Source: a bacterium
GTDB taxonomy: Bacteria > Bacillota_I > Bacilli_A > RFN20 > CAG-288
Length of the DNA stretch: 64,000 nt
Assembly (NCBI GenBank): GCA_963621825.1
Contig: CAVFFP010000004.1
Coordinates: forward strand, 71,718-135,717
Direction of reading: 5' to 3'
The position numbers were made by a program, and so were the translations under genes. A model generated the notes under the pieces. It was not told the origin of the DNA. It did not search any database and saw only the letters and a program-made list of their open reading frames with translations. Positions 28,739 to 38,606 of this stretch are shown piece by piece. Numbering within the stretch: position 1 is the stretch's first letter; each line of letters begins with the position of its first letter.

Positions 28739-30871
28739 ATGAAAAACAAGATAAAGATTATGTTGTTGCCGCTTCTTGCTCTGATGAGTCTCACTGTCGT
28801 ATCCTGCGGAGGAAACAGTGACTCCAGCAAGCCTTCCGATTCCGAAAGTCAGACCACTGCAGATAAGGAATCTGAATCCAAGAAGGAAGAGACAAAATAC
28901 CAGGTCAGCTTCAATAAGTCCGACAAGGTCGAACTTTCTGTCACTGGATTAGAGAGCGATAAAGCTCTTCCGGGAAGTGAAGTCACCTTCACTGTCACAA
29001 GTCAGGAGGAAGAAATCCTTTCTGTCGATTCTTCCGTTGCTCATTTGGATTATGAGAATGGTGTCTATTATTTCACCATGCCGAATCATGATGTCACAAT
29101 CGATGTCGTTTCTGAGGCCTATGGAGATCCTTCTATTCTTGATGTTAAGGATGTCGATACTACCTCTCTTCCGAACAACGTTTCTTCTTTTACCGCATAT
29201 TTAGAAAAGTCGATGGCTGTGGAAGGCACATATTTCTCTTCCGCTCATGTTGTAAACAACAACTTCAATGGAACTGCTGCCTGGTACGATTACAACGTCA
29301 AAGCCGCTAAGAATGATATGGTTCTCATCTCTGGACATAAGAAGAACTACCTCAGTGATACCATGAGTACGTTCTACTCCAAGGAAATCGGAAGAGAAAA
29401 TGATATCTATTACACTATCACATCTACAACATCTTTAGGTTCCTCTGCTAATACAATTGCCAATGATTATGTATTCAAAAACATCATTTCCGATGATGCT
29501 GCAGCCGTTGGCGTTAATCAGATTAAGGAAAGTGATGCAAAAGCCGAATACTCATCCTATCAGGGCGCCGCTGTTATTTATAACTTTTTCTTCAGCGAGA
29601 ATGCTTCTTTTAAGCTGAATGAATGGACACATGAGTTACAATCCTATACTTATTATCTAAAGGATATGGAAAAGACCGTATCCGATGATAAAAAGTCAAT
29701 CCGTTTTGATTTGACTGCACTTTTTTGTAATTGGAACGGAACTTCAATTTTTAATATATCGTTGGAGTTTGACGGCGACAATTTCATGCAGAATGCTAGC
29801 ATTAGCAAGACAGACTACGACTCCGCCGATTGTGATTCCACGACAAAGATGCCTCTAGATGGCAAAACTGGAAAACTGATGGCAACCTACAATCTTGAAA
29901 TGACTCGTGGTTATAAGTCCACGATGGAAAAAACTGATATCTCTTCCTTTGCAATGGATAGTTATGATGTTTCTATCTCCTACTCCATTAACGGGGAAGA
30001 AAAAGAAACAGATAGCAATGATGTTGTTGTTGATAATGGTTCTGAACTCAAGTTTGCTTTTAACTCCAATGATGATAAGGCAACCTTCGTTGAACCTACA
30101 TTGAAGGAGGTTGAGGAAGAAGATGATTACGTCGATTTGAAAACACTCACCGTTCTCAAAGAGGGTGAATTCACTTTAGTTTTCGACAATGGATTCGGTG
30201 TAGAGAAGAAAGTTAAAATCAAATCCGTGAAGCCGAAAGCGGCCTCCATCTCTGTCAGTGCACCTTCTAGTGTCTATCTGAATGAAACAAAAAACATGAC
30301 AGTCTCTATTCTCCCTGAGAAAGCAAATCAGGATGTCACCTTCACAAAGAAGGATACTTCTGTTGGTGACGCAACCATCACTAAGAATGATGATGGCACC
30401 TACGCGATTCAGGGTGTAAAACTCGGCGAAGTTTCCTATACCGTCACCAGCGTTGGAAATGATGAGATTACAGAAGAGTTCACATTCAATGTCATTGAAA
30501 AACCGGATGCCGAAACTTTTAAAAACAATGTTTTCACAAAGACTTTCTACGGTGAATCTACAAGCTACAAGGCCGTTGCTAATTTCAATGAGGAAGGCTC
30601 TGGCGAATTCAAGACTGCTTCTAATGGTTATTATTCTTACTATGAAGCCGTAAGAACGTTCCATTGGACATTCGACGAAGCTTCTTTGACCTTCACTATC
30701 ACGGATGCTACTGGAAGCTATTATGATGGAAGAGGCTTCTTTACCTTCTCTGCTGTCACAGCAGAAGAAGCTATCGGTTCCTTCGTTGAATATAACTATT
30801 ATGGCAATAAGACAGAGTTCACTCTCAATATGACTTCTCAGGACAGAAAAGATCTTTCTGAATTCAACTGA
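28739..30871 (+). CDS. Surface lipoprotein with C-terminal Big_2-like domain
   Basis: Lipobox LTVVSCGGN. AAGGAGA RBS favours the ATG at 28739 over 28733. Ig-like segment near residues 480-570. Confidence 0.7.
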   Translation: MKNKIKIMLLPLLALMSLTVVSCGGNSDSSKPSDSESQTTADKESESKKEETKYQVSFNKSDKVELSVTGLESDKALPGSEVTFTVTSQEEEILSVDSSVAHLDYENGVYYFTMPNHDVTIDVVSEAYGDPSILDVKDVDTTSLPNNVSSFTAYLEKSMAVEGTYFSSAHVVNNNFNGTAAWYDYNVKAAKNDMVLISGHKKNYLSDTMSTFYSKEIGRENDIYYTITSTTSLGSSANTIANDYVFKNIISDDAAAVGVNQIKESDAKAEYSSYQGAAVIYNFFFSENASFKLNEWTHELQSYTYYLKDMEKTVSDDKKSIRFDLTALFCNWNGTSIFNISLEFDGDNFMQNASISKTDYDSADCDSTTKMPLDGKTGKLMATYNLEMTRGYKSTMEKTDISSFAMDSYDVSISYSINGEEKETDSNDVVVDNGSELKFAFNSNDDKATFVEPTLKEVEEEDDYVDLKTLTVLKEGEFTLVFDNGFGVEKKVKIKSVKPKAASISVSAPSSVYLNETKNMTVSILPEKANQDVTFTKKDTSVGDATITKNDDGTYAIQGVKLGEVSYTVTSVGNDEITEEFTFNVIEKPDAETFKNNVFTKTFYGESTSYKAVANFNEEGSGEFKTASNGYYSYYEAVRTFHWTFDEASLTFTITDATGSYYDGRGFFTFSAVTAEEAIGSFVEYNYYGNKTEFTLNMTSQDRKDLSEFN

Positions 30872-32757
30872 TGAAAAAGAATTGTATTGGATTATCGTTT
30901 CTTGTTCTGTCACTAGTCGCCTGTCAAGGTGGAGGAGATTCCTCCGCCTTGAAACCGACGGAATCCGCAAATGCGGAGAAAACGGAGACAACAGGCGAAA
31001 CAACTTCTCAACAAAAAGAGAAACTTGAATTTGAACCAGCTAAGACAATCAGTAATCTTTTCGACTATCTGAATACAACAGGAAGAGAAATAGAGAATAC
31101 GGATGGTATCATCTTTGACAGAAACTATTATTCCTATGAGGTCGGATATTATACGTTCAATACGATAGAGAAGAGTGAGAATGGTGAGTCTTTTGATAAT
31201 GATTCCTATTTCGTTTATGGAACGGAGTCTAAGACAACCACTTATGACTATAAGGATGATGTCGATAAGGTAGAAGACTACTATATGTGCCTGAATCAGT
31301 TGGATGGAAATGACTACTACTCCATTGTGGATTATGATGATGGCAAAGATAGAGATACGGCAAACAAAGAGACAGTTTTGGTGACAAATAGGGATTCCTA
31401 TTTGGCAAAGACGAATCTTAATGCTTTGGATTCCCTTTATACTTTCTATAAATCGAAAGTCTCCAAGAACATCATCAAAGGCGTCGATGATATCACACCG
31501 AATATCACGGATAAAAATACGGTTGAGTATCATATCGCTCAGGGATGGGAAGAGACAATCGGCGATTACAAGTATAAGTATGCCGCTATCATCGATCTTT
31601 CTTTGGATTACAAGGGAAGACTGACCAAGTATAGTTATAACTTCAAAGAATATCAGCCCTCTACGGAAGAAGGCGGCAATGATTTTCTTCTCAGTGAAAT
31701 CAAGGATGAAGTCGAAATCCAGTTCGGAAATAAGATCACATACGATTATTTCGAAAAGGTCCAAAATGGTGAAAAAGCAATTGATCCTCTTGATTACTTC
31801 ATGACGGATTACACTCCGGTATTGTTGTCCTGGGATGGTGTCGGAACAGAGAAGACTAAAGAGGATGCTCTTAGTTTCCCTATCAACATGTATGTTGAGG
31901 CTGAGGCCACAGAGATTGTTCCTGAAAAGGCTTTGGATACGAAGTTGACTGTCACTGATAGCACGGATAAAAGTGTTATCTCTGTCACATCTTCTGGTAT
32001 TGTAAAAGCAGTCGGATTAGGTGAAACCACCCTTACCATTCAATCGGAATCCGGTGTCACTACGAAGATGAATGTCAAGGTTGTCTCTCCTGCTTTACAG
32101 GAGATTGTCGCTAAAACTTATTCTACGTATCATTTCAAAGGGGATACCGATACTCTCTATATCTATAAGACTCCTTCGAATTCCTTAGAGGAGATTGAGG
32201 TCGTCTCATTGACAGAGGATGTCATTGAAGTTGTCAAAGACAAAGATGGTGATTATGCTTTGCATAACATCGGAGTCGGAGAAGGAACCGTCGAAGTAAG
32301 AAGCAAGACGAATCCTACAGTGAAGTGCACGGTCTCTTATTCTGTCGTAGAGAAGAAGACAGTCGAAGAAGTCAAAGCCAATGTCGTCGGAACATGGGAT
32401 GGAGACCTTCCGAATACTAGTGGTACAGGGATGGTAAAGGATGCCGCTACAGTTATCTATAATGATGATGGCACCGGTAGCTTCACTTTGAATAGTTCCG
32501 ATACGGGTTACACCTTTGAAGTCGGAAAAGCCTATCCATTTACCTATACCTTCTTAGAAAACGGAAGATATGTGGATAGACCTGTCTCCCTTACGATGTC
32601 TACGATTACTTTGGATCATGGACAGGTTGTCTGGACGTATTCCGCAAATGCTGCTGACTTCTATTACACGGGCGAGAACGCAAATATCATCTTCGCAACG
32701 GGAAATTCAGAAGAATACGGCGCAATGGTGCAGTTATCTGCAAGACGTGTCGCTTAA
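30871..32757 (+). CDS. Surface lipoprotein with two Big_2-like domains
   Basis: Lipobox LSLVACQGG. Its start overlaps the previous stop by 1 nt (TGATG). Repeated VTxxDxxVISVTSSGxVKAVGLGETTLT-like segments. Confidence 0.7.
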   Translation: MKKNCIGLSFLVLSLVACQGGGDSSALKPTESANAEKTETTGETTSQQKEKLEFEPAKTISNLFDYLNTTGREIENTDGIIFDRNYYSYEVGYYTFNTIEKSENGESFDNDSYFVYGTESKTTTYDYKDDVDKVEDYYMCLNQLDGNDYYSIVDYDDGKDRDTANKETVLVTNRDSYLAKTNLNALDSLYTFYKSKVSKNIIKGVDDITPNITDKNTVEYHIAQGWEETIGDYKYKYAAIIDLSLDYKGRLTKYSYNFKEYQPSTEEGGNDFLLSEIKDEVEIQFGNKITYDYFEKVQNGEKAIDPLDYFMTDYTPVLLSWDGVGTEKTKEDALSFPINMYVEAEATEIVPEKALDTKLTVTDSTDKSVISVTSSGIVKAVGLGETTLTIQSESGVTTKMNVKVVSPALQEIVAKTYSTYHFKGDTDTLYIYKTPSNSLEEIEVVSLTEDVIEVVKDKDGDYALHNIGVGEGTVEVRSKTNPTVKCTVSYSVVEKKTVEEVKANVVGTWDGDLPNTSGTGMVKDAATVIYNDDGTGSFTLNSSDTGYTFEVGKAYPFTYTFLENGRYVDRPVSLTMSTITLDHGQVVWTYSANAADFYYTGENANIIFATGNSEEYGAMVQLSARRVA

Positions 32758-32818
32758 ATGATATAATGGAAAGGCTGCTGAAAAATCAGTAGTCTTTTCT
32801 GTTGTTAGGGGGAGAACC

Positions 32819-34405
32819 ATGTTAACAGTCAATAATCTATCGATGCAGTTCGGAGGAAGAGTCCTCTTCAAAGATGTCAATATCGCCTTTACACCTGGTG
32901 AATGTTATGGAATCATCGGTGCAAATGGTGCGGGTAAATCTACGCTTCTCCGTATCATATCCGGAGAATTAGAGCCGACCAGCGGCAATGTCGCGTTAGA
33001 TCCAAGAGAGCGTATGTCCATTTTAAGACAGGACCACAATGCCTTTGATGAGGTAGAGGTGTTAAGGACCGTCCTTTTAGGTTACAAGAGACTTGTCGAT
33101 GTCATGGATGAGAAAGATGCTCTTTATCAGAAAGCAGACTTTACGGATGCAGATGGTGAAAAAGCTGCACTTTTGGAAACGGAGTTTGCGGAGATGGATG
33201 GATGGAACGCAGAGACCAATGCTCAGGAACTGCTTCAGTCCTTAGGAATCGGAGAAGAATACTATTATCAGAAGATGAAGGATCTTGATGCAAGAATGAA
33301 GGTCAAGGTTCTTTTGGCCCAGGCTTTATTCGGAAATCCGGATATCCTTATTCTCGATGAACCTACTAACAACTTAGATGCACATACCTGTAATTGGTTA
33401 GAAGAATATCTTATCAATTTCCCAAATACTATCCTTATCGTCTCTCATGACCGTTACTTCCTCAACCGTGTCTGCACTCGAATTCTGGATGTCGACTACA
33501 AGGAGATCAATCAGTTTGTCGGAAACTACGATTTCTGGTATTCATCCAGCCAACTGATTCAGTCTCAGATGAAGGATCAGAACAAGAAGAAAGAAGAGAA
33601 AATCAAGGAATTGAAAGACTTCATCGCCCGCTTCTCTGCAAACGCTAGCAAATCACGTCAGGCGACCAGTAGAAAGAAAGCGTTGGATAAGATTGTCTTG
33701 GACGATATCAAGCCATCATCCAGAAAGTATCCGTTCATCGATTTCCGTTCTGAATTCCAACTTGGAAATGATGTCCTCTTTGTCGAACATCTTACAAAGG
33801 ATGATTACTTCAAAGATTTGAACTTTACTTTGAAAAACACGGATAAGGTTGCATTCTTAGCGGATAATTCCTTGGCTATCACAAAGTTATTCGATATCCT
33901 GGATGGAAGAGACAAAGAGTATAGCGGCAGTTTCAAATACGGCATTACAATCCATGAGCAGTATATTCCTTCCGCACTTACGGAGTTCGACAATGTCGAA
34001 ACCAACCTTGTCAATTACCTTAGACCATATTCAAAAGAAAACCTGGACTCCTATATTCGTGGATATTTAGGAAGAATGCTCTTCTCCGGTGAGGAAGCGT
34101 TAAAACAGGTCAAAGTTCTCTCTGGCGGTGAGAAGGTAAGACTCCGTTTTGCTCGCATCATGCTTGCTCCTGGAAATCTCCTCATGTTAGATGATCCGAC
34201 AAACCATCTCGATTTGGAATCCATTGAATCTCTTAACCGTGCCATGCAGGAAACAAAGAGCGTTCTTCTCTTTACTTCCCATGATAGACAGCTTCTCAAC
34301 TCTATCGCCAATCGAATCATCTATCTGAAAGCAGATGGCACCTATGTCGATAAATACATCACTTATGATGAGTTTGAAGAGTTAGAGGAAAAACACGCCA
34401 TTTAA
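32819..34405 (+). CDS. ABC-F family ATPase (EttA/Uup/YheS-like) with two ABC domains and no TMD
   Basis: 528 aa. Two Walker A motifs (GANGAGKST, and a degenerate second) and two signature motifs (LSGGEKVR). Confidence 0.9.
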   Translation: MLTVNNLSMQFGGRVLFKDVNIAFTPGECYGIIGANGAGKSTLLRIISGELEPTSGNVALDPRERMSILRQDHNAFDEVEVLRTVLLGYKRLVDVMDEKDALYQKADFTDADGEKAALLETEFAEMDGWNAETNAQELLQSLGIGEEYYYQKMKDLDARMKVKVLLAQALFGNPDILILDEPTNNLDAHTCNWLEEYLINFPNTILIVSHDRYFLNRVCTRILDVDYKEINQFVGNYDFWYSSSQLIQSQMKDQNKKKEEKIKELKDFIARFSANASKSRQATSRKKALDKIVLDDIKPSSRKYPFIDFRSEFQLGNDVLFVEHLTKDDYFKDLNFTLKNTDKVAFLADNSLAITKLFDILDGRDKEYSGSFKYGITIHEQYIPSALTEFDNVETNLVNYLRPYSKENLDSYIRGYLGRMLFSGEEALKQVKVLSGGEKVRLRFARIMLAPGNLLMLDDPTNHLDLESIESLNRAMQETKSVLLFTSHDRQLLNSIANRIIYLKADGTYVDKYITYDEFEELEEKHAI

Positions 34406-34415
34406 ATAGCGGAAT

Positions 34416-34456
34416 CAAAAATAGTCTTGCCAACGATGAGGCAAGACTATTTTTGT
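34416..34456. terminator. Bidirectional Rho-independent terminator
   Basis: Perfect 14-bp stem aaaatagtcttgcc / ggcaagactatttt with an 8-nt loop, flanked by A- and T-runs. Lies between convergent genes. Confidence 0.65.
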
Positions 34457-34461
34457 AACTC

Positions 34462-34770
34462 TTATTTCTTTTTCTTTTTGTTCTTCTTTTCAGCACGTCT
34501 TTGCTGTCTGTTCGGTTTGACTGCGTTATTTCCTAAATCGTATCTGTCACTAGGAAGGACAGCCGCTTTAGAGCGGGCAATATCATAGGATTTATGGAAT
34601 TCTTCCAAAGAGGCTTCCTGATTCTCTTTCTTCAGATGAATCCATTCCAATGCCATGGAGGTATCCCAGAAATTGAGCTCTAATGCTTCTTTTGCTTCTT
34701 TCTTTGTACAGGATTCTCCTGCCATAGAACGCAGCAGTTTGAGTCTACCTCTCTGATCGCTATTTAACAT
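34462..34770 (-). CDS. Small basic protein (102 aa) with EF-Ts N-terminal/UBA-like segment and poly-Lys tail
   Basis: GRLKLLRSMAGESCTKKEAKEALELNFWDTSMALEWI resembles the UBA/Ts-N fold. C-terminal RRAEKKNKKKKK. Confidence 0.45.
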   Translation of the reverse strand: MLNSDQRGRLKLLRSMAGESCTKKEAKEALELNFWDTSMALEWIHLKKENQEASLEEFHKSYDIARSKAAVLPSDRYDLGNNAVKPNRQQRRAEKKNKKKKK

Positions 34771-35088
34771 GATATTATCCTCCGTGATTGTCTGTGCTTA
34801 TTATATCATGGTTTGAATATGTGGCTGATAAAAATAAGACGCCGACTAGGATGAAAAGAGTGCTTTTCCATAAAACTCCTATCGATGTTTTAGATATACT
34901 CAAGAAAGATGGTTATTCTGTATAGGTAATAAGAATACTTCGGTTTTATGTTTGTTTAATGCTTATATTTTCATTAATATTCATAATGGATTGCATGATA
35001 TTGTCCAAAACCTTATTATCCATCTCTGTTTATGTGGATTATAATCTTGTACAGTATATTTTGATGGATAGAGAAGGAGATAGGAAGA

Positions 35089-35723
35089 TGAAGAAAGCAG
35101 TTATCTTTGATTTGGATGGTGTCATCTGTTCTACGGATCAATATCATTATCAGGCATGGAAATATATTGCAGAGAAGGAAGGCATCTATTTTGATGAGAT
35201 CATCAATAATCGCCTTCGCGGTATTTCAAGAATGGATTCTCTGAATATCATTCTTGAGCGATCAAGTAGACAATATTCAGAAGATGAAAAGATAGCTTTA
35301 GCACAAACGAAAAATCAAATCTATCGTGGTTTATTGAAGAATATGAAACCGGATGATGTCTCTGATGATGTTCTGAAAACACTGAGTGAACTGAAAAAGA
35401 GAAACTATCGCCTTGCTATAGGTTCTGCAAGCAAAAACACGAAGTACATTTTAGAAAGAATCGGTTTAATCTCAACTTTTGATATTGTTGTGGATGGAAC
35501 GATGATTTCTCAGTCTAAACCGGATCCGGAAGTGTTTCTGAAAGCGAGAGATTTGCTTGGGCTTAGCAGTGATGATTGTTATGTCGTTGAAGATGCAAAA
35601 TCCGGTATTGAAGCTGCATATCGTGGTGGGTTTACAACGATTGGAATACAAGATGCAAAAGGATATATCCATACAAATTATGGAATCGATAAGATATCGG
35701 ATATCTTGTTGATTGTCGAATGA
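35089..35723 (+). CDS. HAD-superfamily hydrolase, beta-phosphoglucomutase-like
   Basis: DLDGV motif I (AVIFDLDGVICST), HAD motifs II/III and VEDAKSGIEAA (motif IV). GGAGATAGG RBS favours this start over the ORF-track start at 34959. Confidence 0.75.
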
Positions 35724-35833
35724 GATACTAGATTTTCTCTTGTTACAGACCTTTCATAACAAGACAATCCAAAGGATTGTACTTATTTTTGATTGCCTCA
35801 ATGTTATATAATGATTAGTCCGGAGGTAGACAC

Positions 35834-36454
35834 ATGAAAGTACTGTTATTGAATGGTTCCGTTCATGAGGATGGAAATACATTTATTGCATTAGAAGAGA
35901 TTGGAAAACAACTAGAAAAACAAGGAATTGAATACGAGATATTCCAAATTGGAACAAATCCGATCCGTGACTGTCAGGCATGTCTCAAGTGTAAGAGAAA
36001 TGGTTGTTATTTTGATGATGATATCTGCAATGCTTTTATCGAAAAAGCAAAAGAAGCGGATGGGCTTGTATTTGGATCTCCTGTCTATTACGCACATCCT
36101 AGCGGAAGAATCCTCTCTCTTTTAGATCGTGCTTTCTATTCTGGCTCTTCTGCCTTTGCCTATAAGCCATATGCAAGTGTAGCAGTCTGTAGAAGAGCAG
36201 GCGCAGACACTACCTTTGATGTTCTGAACAAATATGCAACTATCAATAACATGTTCTTAATCGGTTCCTCTTATTGGAACAGCGTCTTCGGTGCAAGAAA
36301 AGGCGAAGCAAAGATGGATGAAGAAGGATTGCAGACTATGAGAAATTTAGCCAATAACATGGCATATATCCTCAAGTGCATGGAGGCTGGAAACAAGAAC
36401 GGTGTTGAGAAACCAGAAAGAGAACATTCTCATTATATGAATTTTATACGCTGA
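35834..36454 (+). CDS. NAD(P)H-dependent FMN reductase-fold flavoprotein with compact Cys motif (iron-sulfur flavoprotein Isf-like)
   Basis: Flavodoxin-like MKVLLLNGSVHEDGNT. CQACLKCKRNGC cluster (CxxCxxCx5C). Extended -10-like TGTTATATAAT lies upstream. Confidence 0.65.
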   Translation: MKVLLLNGSVHEDGNTFIALEEIGKQLEKQGIEYEIFQIGTNPIRDCQACLKCKRNGCYFDDDICNAFIEKAKEADGLVFGSPVYYAHPSGRILSLLDRAFYSGSSAFAYKPYASVAVCRRAGADTTFDVLNKYATINNMFLIGSSYWNSVFGARKGEAKMDEEGLQTMRNLANNMAYILKCMEAGNKNGVEKPEREHSHYMNFIR

Positions 36455-36477
36455 TACTATACTAGGAGGCTATTGAT

Positions 36478-37992
36478 ATGGCGATAGAAGTACAACCTTA
36501 TCTTCCTGACGAAGATTATGATAATCCAGCAATGGTGACGGATTTTTATGAATTCACCATGGCAAATTGCTTATACCTTCACGGATATAAAGATACTGTG
36601 ATGGTTTTTGATATGTTCTTTAGAAAGAATCCGGATAACTTAGGATATTCTATATCCTGTGGACAGAGAAAACTGACGAAGTTCTTGATGGAATATCACT
36701 TCACTGAAAAAGATATCCTTTGGCTCAGACATAAAGGGATGAGCGAAGAGTTTCTTGAATATCTGAAGAATTACAGATGGAAAGGGACGATGTACGCTTT
36801 AAAGGAAGGTACGGTCTGTTATCCTCAGGTGCCTATGGTCAGAATCGAATGCGATATGGTCGGTGCCATCCTGATTGAAACCTATCTCCTTCAGACGATG
36901 AATTTCCACTCTCTGATTGCAACAAAGGCGACGAGAATCTCTGGTCTTGCCACACACAGCAAAAGACAGGTGATGGAATTCGGAACACGCCGTGCACAGG
37001 GAGAGAGTGCCGGAAACGATGGTGCCTATGCTGCTGTCTTAGGTGGATGCATTGCAACGGCAAACTGCTTAGCGGAGATGAAATATGGAGAGGATGTCAA
37101 AGCGGTCGGAACGATTGCACACTCCTTCATCGAATTCTTCCCGGATGAGCTGAGCGCATTCCGCGCCTATGCGGAAACCTATCCAAATAGTGTCTCCCTT
37201 CTTTTGGATACCTATAACGTTTTTGAATCGGGACTTGTCAATCTGATCAAGGTGGACGATGAGATGATTGTAAAGTATCCGAATGATCCAAATAAGAGAG
37301 TTAAAGCGGCTAGAATCGACTCCGGAGATTTGGCAAGAAGTTATAAGAGACTTAGAAAAGCGTTGGATAAAGCAGGCAAGCCTTATATCAAACTCGTAGC
37401 CAGCAATTCTCTCGATGAGACAAAGATGGCAAATATGGAAATCTATGAGGATGCCCATTTTGACAGTTATGGTGTCGGTGAAAATCTGATCACATCCAGA
37501 ACGGATCCTGTCTTCGGAGGTGTCTATAAGCTCGTCGCTGTCAAGGAAAAGGACGGAAGCTATACACCGAAGATGAAATGTTCGGAATCCTCTTCGAAGG
37601 CGATCATCCCCGGTAAACTGATGGCTTATCGTTTCTTTGATGAGGAAGATAAAGGCCAGTGTGATGTCATCTGTCTCGATGATGAAATCATCGAAGAGAA
37701 GAAACCAATCAAAGTCTATAATCTCGATCGAGATGATTTCAGAACGTATCGCATTCTGACTCCGAACAGAGTCGAAAAGCTTTTGGTTCCTTATCTTGTC
37801 GATGGTGAACTTGTCATAGATCTTCCCTCTATCAAAGAGAAGAAAGAATATATCAAAGATCAGCTAGAACATCATGTCTGGGAGAGTGAACTGAGAAAGG
37901 AAATGCCTCATGTCCACTATGTTAATCTCAGCGAAAAAGTCTACCGGATGAGAGAAAGCATGTATAAGAAGCTCCACGGAGGAAATCTCTGA
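36478..37992 (+). CDS. pncB: Nicotinate phosphoribosyltransferase
   Basis: 504 aa, NAPRTase-family length and motifs. Operon context with nadD and nadE. Confidence 0.8.
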   Translation: MAIEVQPYLPDEDYDNPAMVTDFYEFTMANCLYLHGYKDTVMVFDMFFRKNPDNLGYSISCGQRKLTKFLMEYHFTEKDILWLRHKGMSEEFLEYLKNYRWKGTMYALKEGTVCYPQVPMVRIECDMVGAILIETYLLQTMNFHSLIATKATRISGLATHSKRQVMEFGTRRAQGESAGNDGAYAAVLGGCIATANCLAEMKYGEDVKAVGTIAHSFIEFFPDELSAFRAYAETYPNSVSLLLDTYNVFESGLVNLIKVDDEMIVKYPNDPNKRVKAARIDSGDLARSYKRLRKALDKAGKPYIKLVASNSLDETKMANMEIYEDAHFDSYGVGENLITSRTDPVFGGVYKLVAVKEKDGSYTPKMKCSESSSKAIIPGKLMAYRFFDEEDKGQCDVICLDDEIIEEKKPIKVYNLDRDDFRTYRILTPNRVEKLLVPYLVDGELVIDLPSIKEKKEYIKDQLEHHVWESELRKEMPHVHYVNLSEKVYRMRESMYKKLHGGNL

Positions 37993-38606
37993 TGAAGGCT
38001 CTCTTCTTCGGAGGTGCCTTCAATCCACTGACTAATGCCCACCTCTTTCTAGCCGAAGAGGTTAAGGATGCTTTTTCTTTTGACAAAGTGTTCTTTGTTC
38101 CGACGAAGTCAAAGTATATACTGAAGACAGAAGAGAAAGAGTTCTCTTTTTCAGAAGAAGAGAGATTATCTATGCTAAAGGATGCTGCTAATGCCCATGA
38201 CTTTATTCAAGTGAGTGATATTGAAATAAAAGAGAAAGAACAGCCTAGAACCTATCTCACTATGAAAAAGATTCAGAAAGAAGGATATGATCTTACATTG
38301 ATGATTGGATCGGATTGGTTATCTTCTCTCCGTACCAAGTGGATGTATATCGATGAGATACTAGAGGAGTTCTCACTTCTGGTCATCCGAAGAAATCATG
38401 ATGATATCGATAAGATCATAGCTGATGATCCCTATCTCTATGAGAGAAGAAATAAGATGAGATTCTATGATCCGAAAGGAGACTATCAGAATGTATCCTC
38501 TTCTTATGTCCGTACACTATTGAAGGATTTCAGAAAAAATGAAGAAGAGATCAAATCTCTTGTTCCAATTCAGGTCTATGATGATATAAGGAGAATGCGA
38601 AGATGA
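37992..38606 (+). CDS. nadD: Nicotinate-nucleotide adenylyltransferase
   Basis: FGGAFNPLTNAH nucleotidyltransferase (H/T)xxH motif. TGATG overlap with pncB. Confidence 0.85.
   Translation: MKALFFGGAFNPLTNAHLFLAEEVKDAFSFDKVFFVPTKSKYILKTEEKEFSFSEEERLSMLKDAANAHDFIQVSDIEIKEKEQPRTYLTMKKIQKEGYDLTLMIGSDWLSSLRTKWMYIDEILEEFSLLVIRRNHDDIDKIIADDPYLYERRNKMRFYDPKGDYQNVSSSYVRTLLKDFRKNEEEIKSLVPIQVYDDIRRMRR

Noticed and set aside
30176-31764. Two long antisense ORFs (275 and 283 aa) on the minus strand inside the Big_2 lipoprotein genes
   Set aside because: They lie antisense to well-supported lipoprotein CDS. They have no RBS and no recognisable motifs. Long stop-free antisense frames are expected from the biased codon usage of these Ser/Thr/Asp-rich genes.
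34959-35088. N-terminal extension of the HAD hydrolase ORF (track start 34959)
   Set aside because: The extension is hydrophobic/AT-rich, translated from promoter-like DNA. A good RBS precedes the internal ATG at 35089, where the canonical DxDG motif I begins.
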